From Mustelus asterias (taxonomy: Eukaryota): DNA of 64,000 nucleotides. Shown in pieces: positions 36,461 to 50,045 of this stretch; position 1 is the first letter of the stretch; the number at the start of each line of letters is the position of its first letter. A program made the position numbers and the translations under genes. The notes beneath the pieces are model-generated. The model did no database searches. It saw only the letters and a program-made list of their open reading frames with translations, and had not been told where the DNA came from. The stretch covers positions 12,462,001 through 12,526,000 of the forward strand of contig NC_135830.1 in the NCBI RefSeq assembly GCF_964213995.1. Reading direction: 5' to 3'.

Positions 36461-38152
36461 ATAAAACATGGAGAAGGAAAAGATTGTAGCAGTCGGGAGA
36501 CATTTGGAGCACAACGGACATCGAGATCAGTCCATTCTTGACTTTGGTTCAATGATCTCAGTCACTACATTGTGAGATCTGGAATAAAAACCGAAAATGC
36601 TGGATAAGCTCAGCACGTCCGGCAGTTTCTGTGACGAGAGAAAGAGTTAACCTGTCAGAAATAAATGATCTTTCTCCAGAACTAAAGAAATTATATAGTC
36701 GGAAAGGAAGCGGAGGAGGCGGGGCAGAATAGAAAAAAAAACATGGATAGTTCGGCACAGCGTAAATATGGACAAATCTATCCTGGACATAAGACAAAGG
36801 GGAATCCTAATATTGCCATGGAGGGATGAAGAATGTTAATGGTGGCAAAAGGCAAGATAAATAATGATGGAACTTACGAAACAGGGGCAGGTGGCTAAGT
36901 GGGGGGAAGGATTTACTTGTATTGGTGCAGGCCAAGGGAGCGGAAAAACAACAAACAACAATCCAGAAATATTGGGGGTGGGTGTTAAAATTAAGGGTGG
37001 AAGTTTACGAACCATAGTTCTTTAACTCAATATTGAATCCAGTCGGCTGCAGTGTTCTGAAACGGAAGATAAAGTGTTGTTATTCCAATGTGCATTGGAC
37101 ATCAGTAACGCACTGCAGCAGGTCTAGGAAGGTCATGTGAGCATGAGGTCAATTATCTGACATGACTATTTCCCTGTTTATATGATACTCGGTCTTTGCT
37201 CAATTATCAGAACGATCATTTGTTGCTGATGAGCTAGATGCTAATTAATTCCCACGACTGAATTTGTACTTCACTCGACCCTGTCTCTGATATGACTGTA
37301 AGAGGACAATATGTCTTTATATATTCCATCATACTCCATCACACCTTGGTGCTGCTCGCACTTCGTGAGGTTTTCTCTCGGTTACTATTATACTAAAAAT
37401 GTTTATTTCTATATTATGTCAACAGTGTCTCAATTTTCACTGCACTTGGTGCTATTACTTCTAAACTATGTCTCGGTAATTACTTGACCCAACGATAAAT
37501 TAATTTATGTACAGCAGGCCATGTTTCAATTGTTCCTTTACTAGAAATCCTAAATTCATGGTCGGCTATTTGAAAGCCCTTTCAACGTGTGTGGTTTATC
37601 GGAACAACTAAAGTGATGTGGTATTTCCACAGAGCGCAGTATTTGCATGCGCCTCCTGCATCCTCCCATGTTAGCGAATAGTTGCTTCAAATTGTTCCAT
37701 TTTAAATCTGTTTAAATTTTTGTACAACTATAGAGCACGAAACACCAGAAAGCTAAGAAAGAAGCCAAACACGTCAACTGATCCGCCAACTATAAGCACA
37801 TTATGGTAGGATCGGAAGAGATGCTTTTTCATCAGAGATGGGACCTCAGCTCAGTATACAAAACGGGGTTCTGATTGATGGAGATGCCAGGACGGTGTGG
37901 ACTGAGGAGGGACTGCAGATTCTGCAGACAGCAATTCACCCACATCGGCAATGGGTTAATTTGTTACTAATGTAACAAATGAAAGGCATGAAATCATCCT
38001 TTAATCTGTTTGTTCTCCGACCTGTTAATGAAGTGGATGTTGTAATTTAACTGTTCTTCTGGAGACTCTCACCTGGTATAAAGGAGAGTATATTTTGCTC
38101 TTGCGCAGATAGCATGTGCAACTTGCAGAATTCAATTAGTTCCTGAAAGGCA

Positions 38153-40594
38153 ACGCATGGGCCAGAGAATGGACCACTGTATGCTGTTTATTGTCCTATA
38201 CTCGCTGCTATTAGTGTCCCAGGTAAGAGATGAATCCCGCCGAAATTACTCATTTTTCTTGTGGTGAAAAAGTCTCATTTTTTTAGTGAATAAGAGTGCA
38301 TTACTTCCATTTGCATTATGAAATATGACAATACGCAATTCAATATATTGCACTTCACGTTTATAGAAAAACTGGTTACCAGAATGCAGGAATATAAATT
38401 GTAATGGTCACATTGTACACACGCTATGTGGGTGAACCGTTCAACTGAACGAGAGAAATGTATAGAACTCAAGAGTGCTAAATGTTTGATCAAAGAAGTA
38501 CGTTATCTCAATAAATCTCAGATAAAGTAAGAGAGAGAAAAACTGATACGTTGAAGATGCGAATTCCTGAGAATAGGGCCCGGGCATCTAAAATGATAAC
38601 TGCAATGATACATCGTTAATATCTGGAATTAACAGGAGGGCAAATTTAGATGTACGTTACCATCTCAGGTAGTTGTAGGGGTGCTGCATATCACAAGGAT
38701 AGGGAGTGGGGAGGCTGACGAGGTAGTGGATCATTATGGATGGAGTACTGAAATTGAAGTGTAACTAGACAATGGTTCAAAATAGCTCAGCAAGCACAGT
38801 GCTGCTGGGTGAACGGGGTGTGGCGTGAGTAAGAGCATTGGAAACAAATGTTTTGGGTCAGTTGCAGTTCACTGAGAATGCAGGGATGGGCCGCCCAAAA
38901 CCTATTCCGATGGTCATGGGTCTAGATATCAGAAAGGACTTCAGTAGCTGTTACCCTAAGGCACAGTTTGATGATGGGCGACATCACAGGCTATATTAGA
39001 AAGGAAACGTATGCAGCGTCAGTGCTTACTTTGTTCTAAGTTAAAGTTTATTTATTAGTTACATTTAGACTTACATTAACACTGAAATGTAGTTACAGTG
39101 AGAGTCCCCTAGCCACCACACCCTGGCGCCTGTTCCGGTACACAGCGGATGAATCTGGCAAGGCCAGTGCACTGAACCAGCACATATTTCGGAATGTGGG
39201 AGGAAACCAGAGCACGCGGAGGAAAACCACACAGACACGGGGAGAACGTGCAAACTCCGCACAGACAGGTACTCAAGCCTGGAATCGAACTCAGGTCCCT
39301 GACGCTGTGAGGTAGCAGTGCTAGCCACTGTGCTACCGTGCCACTTATGGTCAATATGGGAATGTGGGCATCTGCAACTTTAGTCCACCGCTAAATCAGG
39401 ACATCAATATTGTAAAGAGTTACAAGCCTCAGAGCATGGTTAGACACAGGAATTGAATCAGCTGTCAGAGAGTGGTGTTTGTGACAGGGACTGATTGCTA
39501 TATTCTCTGAATTCACTAATGTTTAATCCAGCAATGGCTGTAGAACAAGTAGCAATGGCTTTGGAATAATTGAAATCTGGAGGTGGTGAAGAGACAGATC
39601 AGGAGGGTTTCAGTCGGGTTTCAGTAACTGATTGGATCAAGGAACAGCTATTTTTTTGCAGTCCACTCGGTAACGTCTTTCTCCTTTTATTCTCTTACAG
39701 CCAACTTTGTGGCGATCATCATCCTATGCCGTGGACGGTGCGGACTCTCCCAGTGGATCACTTACTACCTAGTGGCGATAGCGATGACTGATTTCCTTGT
39801 CATGGTTACCACTGTTATCCTCAACCGCATAGGTGGCGTTTATTTCAGGTACAGTGTCCTATCTACCACCCCCGGATGAGCTGTCAGCACTGTGCTGGTG
39901 TATGCAACCCGGGATGGTTCAGTCTGGCTGACAGTGGCTTTCACCTTAGACCGTTTTGTGGTCATCTGCTGTCAGAAACTAAAGGCCATAAAACTGCGTT
40001 GCTTTTTTCGGACTTGTCTGTACTCCAAGCTACGTGAAGAACATTCCATTTTACTTCACCTCTCAGCCCTTGTACATCCTGGACGGGGTACCCTGTCTGT
40101 GATATTATGTCCAGCTATTACTCTTTGCCCACCTGGCAGGCCTATGACTGGCTGGACCATACAGTAACGCCCTTTCTCCCATTCCTCCTCATTCTGATTC
40201 TCAACGCTCTAACCGTCAAACACATTTTAGTCGGCAGCAGAAACCGCAGGACGCTTCGGAGCACCGAGAATCATGGAGATCCAGAGATGGCAAACCGCAG
40301 GAGATCCATTTTCTTGCTATTCACCATCTTGCTCAGTTTCCTCCTCCTTTGGGTCACCTCGGTCGGGCATTTCCTCGACGTGCGGGTTACGGGTGAGGCT
40401 TACTTCACTGGCCTGGATTTCAATGACCCACACTTCATCCTTCAAGAAACTACAAACATGCTCCAGTTAGTTCCTGCAACAGCAACTTTATCAATGCAGT
40501 AGCCCAAAAGAAGTTCAGAAATGAACTGAAGAAGGTTCTGCTTTTGCCCTTCTCCACTTTCACCAGTTGTTTTCGGTTGGACCGGATTTTATGA
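38153..40594 (+). pseudogene. Two-exon class A GPCR pseudogene (GPR139/142-like family); exon1 38153-38222, exon2 39701-~40594
   Basis: Spliced ..YAVYCPILAAISVP|ANFVAIIILCRGRCGLSQWITYYLVAIAMTDFLV..SVWLTVAFTLDRFVVICCQKLK..PFLLILILNALTVKHIL..DPEMANRRRSIFLLF; likely start reads ACG, TGA at 39877-39879, later frameshifts; AATAAA ~40696. Confidence 0.85.
39035..39343 (-). mobile_element. HE1-like SINE in the GPCR intron
   Basis: Reverse complement begins ggcacggtagcacagtggctagcactgctacctcacagcgtcaggg. Confidence 0.85.
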
Positions 40595-42466
40595 TCCAGA
40601 TAATGACCAGTAATGCTTTGTTTACAGAAGTCAAGTTTGAAACCCTACTTGCTTACTCAGAGGATAACACCACAATGTCTCCCGTTCTTACACAAATAAA
40701 ATAAATGTTGCCATGTAAAGTCAGAAACATAAAGCCATTTACAACATCAATCTCATCCAGCAGCATTCAGAATTAACATATGGTGTATGAGGAGTAACGG
40801 AAGAAAAGTTATCTACAAAACAGTACTGCACATTAAATGGCAGATGGGAACAAGGCAGATCCCATAGGATTTCCATGATTTCAGGTGGATGGTGTCAGAG
40901 AGAACAGAACAGGGAGAGGGGGTCCTTAGGGTGATGCTCAGTGAATTCGGGGAATTAATATCAGGGGGAATGGATCTGATCAGGGAGAAATGCATACGAG
41001 AAACAGAAGGCACTGGGAGACGTTTAATGGCTACAACCAGACAGTCAGTGTGTTTTCTGGACAGTGGAGTCTTTTTTTAAGTCATGGAGCAGTAAGAGAA
41101 AAAATCTGTCTTTGTGTGTTTAACCCAATTGTGAAGCTGAAATATCTGTATCAGAAGGCCCCAGCCTCGGAGAATAAGTAGTTAATTGTATCAAATGGGC
41201 CCCATCTTTTTGAAACTCCTGCGTTTTTTTTTCTCTCTGGTCTATCCCAAAGATCCCAATCTAGTCATAATTTGAAAATTTGTAATCGATGATGTGCTTA
41301 TCTGAAATACGACTGAAGGGGAAAATTATTCACCAATTTACAAGGTTTTTGACAGAATACATAAAACACTACAAAGAAAGAGTTAAATGATTCTTGAACA
41401 AGTATAATAAGGGAATGAAACAAATACTTTACAAATATGTGGCTGCAACAAGAGAATTAAATAAATAAGTATGATTATAAAACATATATGCTCATCTTTT
41501 AATGTAATTTATGTATTGAATGAATTATTGTTCATTTCAACCAAAAGCAAGTCACTGTAAGGTATGATGATGAATCGAAGAGTTGAGAGCCAATGGCCTG
41601 GGAACCTTAGTAGTTGCAGAATTAATATCTGAAAGTTTCTGGCGAGGGAACGCATTTTGCAACTTTATGAATGGGGACATTCAATGTTTAGACATAGAAT
41701 AGACCGTACTGGGACTCAGGAGCACGTGTCTATCCTGTTTTGGAAATGAGCCGGTGGGAATGTTCATTTTGACCTCCTCACACAGAGATACCTGCCTCGT
41801 GAGTTTTATATTGTCTGTAGTTAACGACAGTATTGGTCATCTCAAATTATCCCACAACATTAGTCATAATTTGGAAATTTGCAATCGATTATGTGCTTAT
41901 GTGAAATACACCTCAGTCTCTTGGTTTCACCCCATGGTTTGCACATCTGTTCTGCATGTGTTCTCAATCTAACTTGTGGCTTGGCTGCCTGGGAAGTATT
42001 TCATCGGACGATATATAGAGAGATACACTCTGTTAACCCACGCTGCAGCGACACTGACAGTGTTTTTAAGGGACAGTGTATAGGACACTATCTTCTGCCA
42101 CACACTGTCCTGCATCGGCCTCTAATGAAGGAGCCTTTTGCTCTTTAGAATGACCTGAAACTCGTCAGTGACAGACCAGTTTATGCGTGAAATCACCGCG
42201 GTTCTCCTCATTGTTAATTCATTCTGTATCTGGATTTTATCATAAAAAGGCAGAAATGAAGGTGTATTTACACGGATGGATCACTGGGTGGCGCAGTGAC
42301 TCTTTCACGAAAGGGAATTGAGTTCAACCACATCCCACACACGACTGGGGAAAATCCCTGTCTGGGAAAGAGGGGAAACCGTATAATAGGGAAAATGGGG
42401 CGGAGTTGATGTGTTTTGGAGAACGGAATTAAGCCAAGCCAGAGATGGTTAAAATTTCATTCAATA

Positions 42467-42472
42467 TTTATT
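42467..42472 (-). terminator. Candidate poly(A) signal for membrane IgM transcript
   Basis: AATAAA on the minus strand ~450 nt after the TM2 stop. Confidence 0.5.
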
Positions 42473-42923
42473 TTAATAATTCAGAGAATATTTTACAGCA
42501 ACATTATTTTTTAAAGTTAGAAAAGTGAACATAACGATCGAGCTTCACATTGAGAACAGAACAGATGCACAGGGAATCCGTCAGTATCTGTACATCTGTT
42601 ACATACACCAGAAAGAGAAAACAGGACCTGAATAGAAAGAGGAATTATCAAATGTGAATAAGGAATGAGAAAATTTCTTATTTATACATGATCTTTAAAC
42701 TACGGGGAAACTATTACCCACAATTACATTATAACAAAAAATGCCTCGTACATTTCACACTGAAAACTGATTTAACGTCTATGATTGCCTCAGTTACAGA
42801 TTCAGAATGATAAACTGAGAGAATTTTACTGATAGAGTCACTGAGAGCAGATATTGTATTTGATCCACACAGAGATCTTGATAATCAGCTGAGGGAAATC
42901 TGCAGCTTCCAAAATTCAACCCA

Positions 42924-42932
42924 TCATTTGAT
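42924..42932 (-). CDS. IGHM: IgM TM2 exon (IK*)
   Basis: ttttacag|ATC AAA TGA, phase 0 after TM1. Confidence 0.85.
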   Translation of the reverse strand: MK

Positions 42933-43072
42933 CTGTAAAAGAAAGATACAATAATGAAGCAGATGTTGATGATGCGGGACATTAATGTTCGAGTTTTTAA
43001 TCAGCGAAACATTGAGAATTTTTTCAAATCCATTCTGCCAGTTTGAAATGTGGGTGGATTGAATCATCTCAC

Positions 43073-43200
43073 CTTCACCAGAGTGACTGCAGTGCTGTAG
43101 AAAATGCTCAGGAAGAACAGCACTATGAATGTAGAAGCGGTTGTCCAGATGTTGCTGTTATCATCCTCATTGTCGTCAATCCAGACGCGGTCGGTGGAGT
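43073..43200 (-). CDS. IGHM: IgM TM1 exon
   Basis: DSTDRVWIDDNEDDNSNIWTTASTFIVLFFLSIFYSTAVTLVK with the conserved antigen-receptor TM motif; cctag acceptor, gtgag donor. Confidence 0.95.
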
Positions 43201-43769
43201 CTAGGGGACGGAGACCAGGAACTGAAATTAGATTACTTTATTTATCCAGGTGATCTTATTGTTATTTTTTTGTGCCCCGTTCTCCTTTTTAAGCTGTTCA
43301 TTTAATCTCGAATTTAATTTTCAATGTGTATCTACTGTTAAATTCAGGACACTCAGTAACCGATCTCCGTAACTATTTTCACACCTGATTTTTATTGACA
43401 TTCCTTGGACAGTCCATGTCAGAAAACACTGAAGATGTTTAATTAAGTATCAGTTCATTTTTGAACTGTTTGCCACTATCCCTTATTGAAGAATGTTATG
43501 ACTGATATTGAGAAACGTTCACTGATCAATGATTGTTTTCACAGATGGTTACTGATCTGTAAACTGTAAATGTTGTTGTTTAAGAGTTGGGATGTATTTT
43601 CCGATCTGTGCTTCTTTATGGTGGAAATAGGTCATGAGCTTAATTCAGCTTCTCAATGTGTTTGTCTGTTCATTGTACATTGGGATAGTTAATCTGTGGA
43701 TATGTGCATTAAAAAATCACCTTTAAATTTTACATTCATCATTTGCCTACCGTTTGTATTTAAGATCTT

Positions 43770-44624
43770 GCGTTTGTGTGCGTGTGCATGAGCATGTTCT
43801 GGTCTGCATTAATCTTTGACTTTGAGTTAATATGTGTGCAACAGTGTTAAGGTACGTGTTCATTTGCCTATGGTTGTTGATTTGTGAAGTTGTGTGTCTG
43901 CATCTGTGTGTATATTTTATTCTTGTCTTTGTGTATGTATGACTCTATTATTGTGTGAAGTCTATGAATATTTATTAATGCCATTCTTAATGGGTGCACA
44001 TGTGTTTATGCCTATTGCTATGTGTTAATTTCTGTCGCTCTCGTAATGTTTGTTTCCCTTACTGTGTGCGTCTGTTTCTCCGTGTGTCTGTGTGCATGTC
44101 TGTTAACAGGTCAGTACATGTATATACGTGTTGATAGCTCTTTATAATGGTGAGTTGATGTATGTTTGTGTTTCGATGTGTAGTAATGTGTGCTATGGTG
44201 TTCTGTTCTGTATGAGCATGTTAATGTTTGCGTCTACATGTTTGTGTGTAAATGTTTTGCAGTCTGTTCATCTATATGCAGTCTGCTAATTTGTTTATAT
44301 ATATTTCCATGCATGTTTGTTAATGTGTATAACATTGTGCGTCTTTATATCTATATTTCTGTCAGCGTAAATGTGTGCTAATATATATATATATTTATTT
44401 GAGTCTATGTATGTGCTTGTGTATTTATGTGGGTCTGCATGCGTGTGTATCTGTCTGTATTGTGTCTCTGCATGTATGTGTTTGGGTCTGTGTACCTACT
44501 CACGTGTGTGTCTGTGTATGTACTTGTGTGTTTTATGTGTATATGTGTGCGTTTGTACATATTTGATTATCTACGTATGTTGTTGTTTTAGTGCCTGTTC
44601 GTACAAGCGCGAGTCTATGTATCC

Positions 44625-44693
<69 letters not shown>

Positions 44694-45570
44694 TGTGTGT
44701 GTGCCTATGTATATTTGTGTACGGATGTATTTATGTATGGGTGTATTTTTGTGTGGGTGTATTTGTGTCTGTGTGTATTTGTGTGTGTATTTTTGTTTGT
44801 GCCTGCATTGTCCATGAGTGCATTTGTGTGTGCATTCTTGTTTCTCTGCATGTGTGTTCGTTTGAGCAAGTACTGCATGTACCTATGGTGTGTGAAAGTG
44901 TATCTGTGTGTATGCATGGATCTGTGTGTTTTTGTGCATGTGTATGTGCTGTGTATGTGTGCTTCTATGTCTGTACTTGAATGCGCCTGTCCGTATTTCT
45001 GTATATGTGCATGCATTTGTGTGTGTATTTACATGTGTCTTTCTGCATTTGTGTGCATTTTGTGAGTATGTGTATTTGTGCATTTGTGTCGATGTGTCTG
45101 TGTGTGCTTGTGTGTGTGTGTATGTGTACGCCTATGTGTGTATTTATAATTGTGACAGTTTTGTGCGGTATTGTCAGTGTGTGTATTTTTTAACTGTTGC
45201 TTCAAGTTTCACTGGCAATCATTAACTGAACATGATCCAAACAATATGAATAATGGAGCATATTTTCCGTGTTTGCTGTAGAAATTTCTTTTATGTGAAT
45301 GGCACGGTGATATCAGGAGAGCGAATGAAATAATTCATTGATGCATCTCAGAAACCTCAGTGACAGAACAGTGAAAACCGGGGAGGATTCTATTATTTGT
45401 TTAAATTTGTATCATGGGAAATCAATGCCAGCACATGATTAACAGGAACAAGAGTGTTGAAACATTTTTAAACTATGTTGCATAAGTATATATGTATATA
45501 AGTATACATTCATATATATATATATATATATATAAGTATATATATATAAGTATATGTGTATTATATACTT
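43770..45570. repeat. Degenerate (GT)n/(GA)n/(AT)n microsatellite tract in the Cmu4-TM intron
   Basis: Long TGTG-rich low complexity, pure (GT)n(GA)n at ~44630-44690, (TA)n at ~45480-45570. Confidence 0.9.
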
Positions 45571-46311
45571 CAATGACACTTTGATAATGATAATGATACT
45601 TCAAAGTCTGCAGCAAGTAAACGGAAGCTAATTTGTACTGTTGACAACTGAGTCCTTATAGTCGAGAGCCGTTCCCTTCCAAACACGCTACTTGGGGAGA
45701 GGGAGGAGAGTGAGCTCATAGTTTACCTCTCTCTACCTGGTGAAGCAATGTGCCTGATGGTTCTAACCACTGAGGAGGTGGAGGTGAATGGATTAAATAA
45801 TGCCATTCCTCCTGCTTTCGTTGAGGAAGTGATGGTACATGGGTTAGCTACTGCTCCTCCCCTCTCTTTGTTGGGTGAGTAGGAATCCGGTATGTTAACA
45901 ATTTCACTCTCCCTCTCTCTGATGGGGGGATTGTTGCTCCATGTTTCTGTGTGACCCTCACTTCAGTTCCCAGTGGGTGTGGTGCAGCAGCTTAAATATG
46001 ACATCAATGCGTAAAGGCATGGACAACGAGAGAAGCAGGAACACCGAGATCTAAATGTTGTGTTTGTTTGTCAGAAATGTTGAAATTGTCGGAGTTTTCC
46101 TCAGGGAGGAAAGTCGGTGAAGATATTTTGCAGAATCCTGTAATGAATGCGCTCCACTCTGTCTCTAACACAGGGTCTGTCTGAGCTGGGCGCACTGGTT
46201 CAACAAGACCTGAAAATATCTGAGTCAAACCAAAGATAGCTAATGGAAGTAAAACTGAAAAACAATCAATTAAGCGTTTGGCTATTTCATTTGTTGTTAG
46301 AGGAAAAATAT

Positions 46312-46326
46312 TTTATTATTTTTATT
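46312..46326 (-). terminator. Poly(A) signals for secreted IgM
   Basis: Two AATAAA on the minus strand (46321-46326, 46312-46317) just after the secretory stop. Confidence 0.75.
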
Positions 46327-46353
46327 GAAGTTTTTAATGTTCGCGAATGATTC

Positions 46354-46745
46354 TCATTGACATGAATTAACGGTGTCCATCAGAGCAAGGGAAATGTTCA
46401 CAAAACTGGGTTTACCGCTGGATTTGTCAACTGTTCTGTTGATGATCTTCAAGGGGATGGCTTCATGTCCCACCACACAGGAGTAAGAAGCACCGCTGGA
46501 CCATTCCTCTGCTGCAATGGATAACAGGCTGTACATGAAGAAGGAGCTATTCCCGCTCTCCGCGACCACCTCGGTGTTCTTATAGTTCCCAGGATTCACC
46601 GGCTTGTCGTTGACGGTCCACTTGACGAAGATCTCTCGAGGGGAGAAACGTCTCACTAAGCAGCTGAGGGAGACGAATCTCTGAGCGGAGACTTCTTCTG
46701 CCGAGGGCAAGAGGACAGAGACGAACGGTTCCCGCGGATTTGGAT
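46354..46745 (-). CDS. IGHM: IgM Cmu4 exon plus secretory tailpiece
   Basis: [36 protein letters not shown]...[23 protein letters not shown]|[20 protein letters not shown]; internal donor G|GTAAA at 46416 for TM splicing; penultimate Cys. Confidence 0.97.
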
Positions 46746-47240
46746 CTGCAGAAAATGTACAATAAATGTCAATAAACTGGAGAATTCTGGGGATAATGAA
46801 ACTGCTGGCTAGATATCAGAAAAATGTGCTTCGCTTTCGATTCTAAATGTTTTTATTTTTGACTTCCAGCTTGGAGGAGAGTTGAACGCAATTGTTTTCT
46901 CAAATAACTCAGCGGGTTGGACTGGAAAGTTTCAGAAAGTTTACAGCACTGAATCAGGCTCTTCGGCCCAACTGTTCTGCTTTTTTATTGGTTTTTATGC
47001 TCCACATCAGGCTCCTCCCTCCTTATTCGATCTAAACCCAATAACATCGCCTTCAGTTCACTTTTCATTCATCAACACATCAAATTTCCCCGTAAAAATA
47101 TCTGCAGGACCAGAGTCTTTAGTTAGTGGAGTTTCCACTCAGGGGAGACCATTAATGCACTGAATACTGAATATTGACCAGTCCACTTACACTGGAAATA
47201 GACACAGTGACACATTTATTGCTTCAATCTCTCAGCTCAC

Positions 47241-47549
47241 CTGTTTCCTTGTGGATGGATTTTCTTAAAGGAGTCGGCAGATCCTGATGGCTCACCACGC
47301 AGTCAAACACAGCCGCACTCAGCCAGGCTTGTGTCGAGACGTTTAATTTGCTGACCACGCTGTCAGGATCCGCTCCAGGCTTTTCGGCAATCTCTGATTT
47401 CAAATACTTCCTGTCTCGGATCCAGGATACGTTGACTCCATAAGGAGCATTAGAAATGATGCAGGTTAAGGTCACTGTTGCCTCCAGTAAGACCTGTTCT
47501 ATTGGTGGTGGCTGTATCGTCACTGTGGTATCAGGGCACTGGGGAGGAT
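47241..47549 (-). CDS. IGHM: IgM Cmu3 exon
   Basis: [30 protein letters not shown]...VSW...[22 protein letters not shown]; AG/GT phase 1. Confidence 0.97.
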
Positions 47550-47989
47550 CTGTGAATGAAAAATGAAAATCAACCCTAGTTCCCTCTTCAGAAGCAGGAC
47601 AGCAGTCTTCAGCCTGAAGGAGACGAAGTTGCCTTCGATATATCAACCTCTATCACCTTTCAACCTCTATGGAGGATGGAAAACCAGCCTGCTCTGTGAA
47701 ATTATTCTCTTTTTGTTCAAGTATTTTAGCAGCGGTATCATTCTCATGAATCAACATTGCAGTATTCCCCAACAAATATAGCATTCCTGAACTCAGGAAC
47801 CAAGTACTGGCAGTTAGTTTATAAGTAGGGTGGATGCACTTCCCAATATTTTACCCCTATGCTGTGACCTGTGAAACAGTCCGACACCGACTGTCTCTCC
47901 AAATCTTACCAGCTGTCTCAGGAAAAAGCTGACATCAAGACCACCTCGCTTACTATATTACTTCAAAATGGAAGGGAACACTACTTCAA

Positions 47990-48310
47990 GGGGAGGCAGT
48001 GGCATGGTGGGGTTGCCAATGGTCTTGTAACCCAGGGCACGACTCTGGGGACACAGATTCGAATCTCACCACTGCAGATGGTGAAATTTGAATTTAGTAA
48101 AAATCTATGATTAAAAGTCAAATGATCATCATGAAGCCATTGTTGCAAAAGCCCACCTGGTTCACGAATGCCGTTTAGAAAAGTAAATCTGTTGTCTTTA
48201 TCTGGCCTGGCATGCATGTGACTCCAGATCCACAGTAACGTGGTTGACGCTTAAGTGGCCCCCGGGATGGGCCACAAATGCACATCTCATGAAGGAATAA
48301 CAAAAATTGA
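47990..48310 (+). mobile_element. SINE-like element (related minus copy ~61500-61710)
   Basis: ggaggcagtggcatggtgg...ttcgaatctcacc...atggtgaaatttgaatt...gtgactccagatccacag...cacatctcatgaaggaataa. Confidence 0.65.
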
Positions 48311-48462
48311 TGTTGTGATGAAGTTCTGAATGGGGCACTGTCCCAATGCAGCAAACTACATGACAATAACTTAGAAGTTGTTCTATGCTTTGTATTAACT
48401 TTAATAGATCCCTAATTTCGATTAACAGCGGAATAATTTTTTTCTCGGTTTGAGTCTCTTAC

Positions 48463-48774
48463 CCAGAGATCCGCTGATGTTCTGACTCTGAGTAAATCCT
48501 TGATGAGTGACCTGGCAGGTATAGACCGCTTTGCTGAACCATTCCTGAGCGGAGACTGTCAACCGACTGCTGGCCGAGAAGTTCCCATTCACTTCACAGG
48601 CGGGAGAGGTGACAATTCCTGAATTCATGGGTTGTCCATTCTTCAGCCACTTCACCGTCATTGACTTTGGCTGGAAATCAATGATTGAACAGACGATGGT
48701 TGCAAATTTTCTGCTGGTGATTTCTTCACTGGAACTCACGGTGAGGATAACGGTTGGGGTGATAACGATTGGGC
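48463..48774 (-). CDS. IGHM: IgM Cmu2 exon
   Basis: [47 protein letters not shown]...[20 protein letters not shown]; AG/GT phase 1. Confidence 0.96.
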
Positions 48775-48884
48775 CTTCAACAAACAAATGTTCAGACGTT
48801 ACTTGAAGATTCAATTGACATCAATTAAAATTAGTTCTTTTATTTTAGCACCATAGCTGCCGATTTGAGAATTATATCCATGGT

Positions 48885-49600
48885 TTGGTTGAATTGGCAG
48901 GGAAATGGCGAATGGAATTCAACCGTCAAAAGTGCCATACAATGCATTTGGGGAGGGAAAACAAAGCAAGGCAATAAACTGGAATGTTAAGAGGGATTGA
49001 GGAAATGCAAGACCTTAGAGAGCACGTCCACAGGTCCTGGTAGATGGTAGGGCAGCTGGAAAAGTTGATCAAGAAAGCATATCGGATTAGTTCCTCTGTT
49101 ATGTGAGATATTGAATGCAAAAACAGTGATACAATGATGGAGATGCTTAAAACCGAGTTTGGCCACGTTTGGAGGTTGCTGTACAGTTCTGGTCACCACG
49201 TTGCAGGAATAACGTAATGACTCTGGAGAGAGATGAGGTTTACAAGAATGTTGCCAGGGACTGAAAATTCCCGCCATGAGGCGAGATTGGATAGGCAGGG
49301 TTTGTTCTCTTTAGGAAAAGAGGAGGCTGAGGCGTGACATAATTGTGGTTCACAAAATAATAAGGGACGTAGGCAGAAATAATTCATTCCCCAAGTCGAG
49401 GGCTCAATTACCAGGGAGCATGGTCATTTAAAAGGCATCTGGGTCTGCATCTCAAGTGCTTTAAGCTGCAATGCTACGGAGCAAGGGCTGGAAAATAGGC
49501 TTACTTTGTCAGGCTAGTTTATTTGTTCTCCCTTTTGGCCAGCACAGACATGATGGGCTAAATGGCCTCATTCTGCACAGTAACATTTCTGTTGTTCTTT
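48885..49600 (+). mobile_element. Old CR1 fragment in the Cmu1-Cmu2 intron
   Basis: tggcgaatggaattcaa...cagttctggtcaccac...aggtttacaagaatgttgccaggga; degenerate. Confidence 0.75.
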
Positions 49601-49745
49601 GGTTCTGAGCAACTTTTCAGTCAGGAGGCACTTACCTGGATTTTGCATAATTCAATTTTTCAGAGTGCTACATATCAGTTATAACTAAAGCCTTATACAG
49701 TTCAATCAGAGCGTTCCTGTCTTGCCCAAGTTCCACAACACTTAC

Positions 49746-50045
49746 ATTGCATTCCAATGCTCTTGACTGAGTCGCGGTGTCGAACCTCACACTTGATTTT
49801 GCTGCACTCTCCCTCTGACTGGGTGATGGTTAACTGGCTGCTCAAGGTGTAAGTTCCCTTTGCGTTTCTCACTGATGGATAATTCTTAAATCCAGTGTCG
49901 ATCAGCTGCCCATTTTTCTTCCAAGTCAGTTTGGAGACATCTGGAGAGTAGTCCATCGCCAAACAGCCGTAGGTGATGGAGCCAGCGGAGTTGTGTTGCT
50001 GACAGGAAGAGACGAGGCTGTAGAGAGTGGGCGGAGACGGTGTCG
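49746..50045 (-). CDS. IGHM: IgM Cmu1 exon
   Basis: [46 protein letters not shown]...[17 protein letters not shown]...KCEVRH; typical shark Cmu1; 300 nt, phase 1. Confidence 0.96.

Noticed and set aside
37641-37648. ATTTGCAT octamer (also ATGCAAAT near 12072)
   Set aside because: Not upstream of any V leader; an 8-mer is expected by chance in 64 kb.
41270-41910. ~50-bp direct repeat (tagtcataattt..aaattt..aatcgat.atgtgcttat.tgaaatac) at ~41262 and ~41861
   Set aside because: Real but short, with no evidence of function.
44190-45225. Many Cys/Val- or His/Thr-rich ORFs
   Set aside because: Translations of (GT)n/(CA)n microsatellite within an IgM intron.
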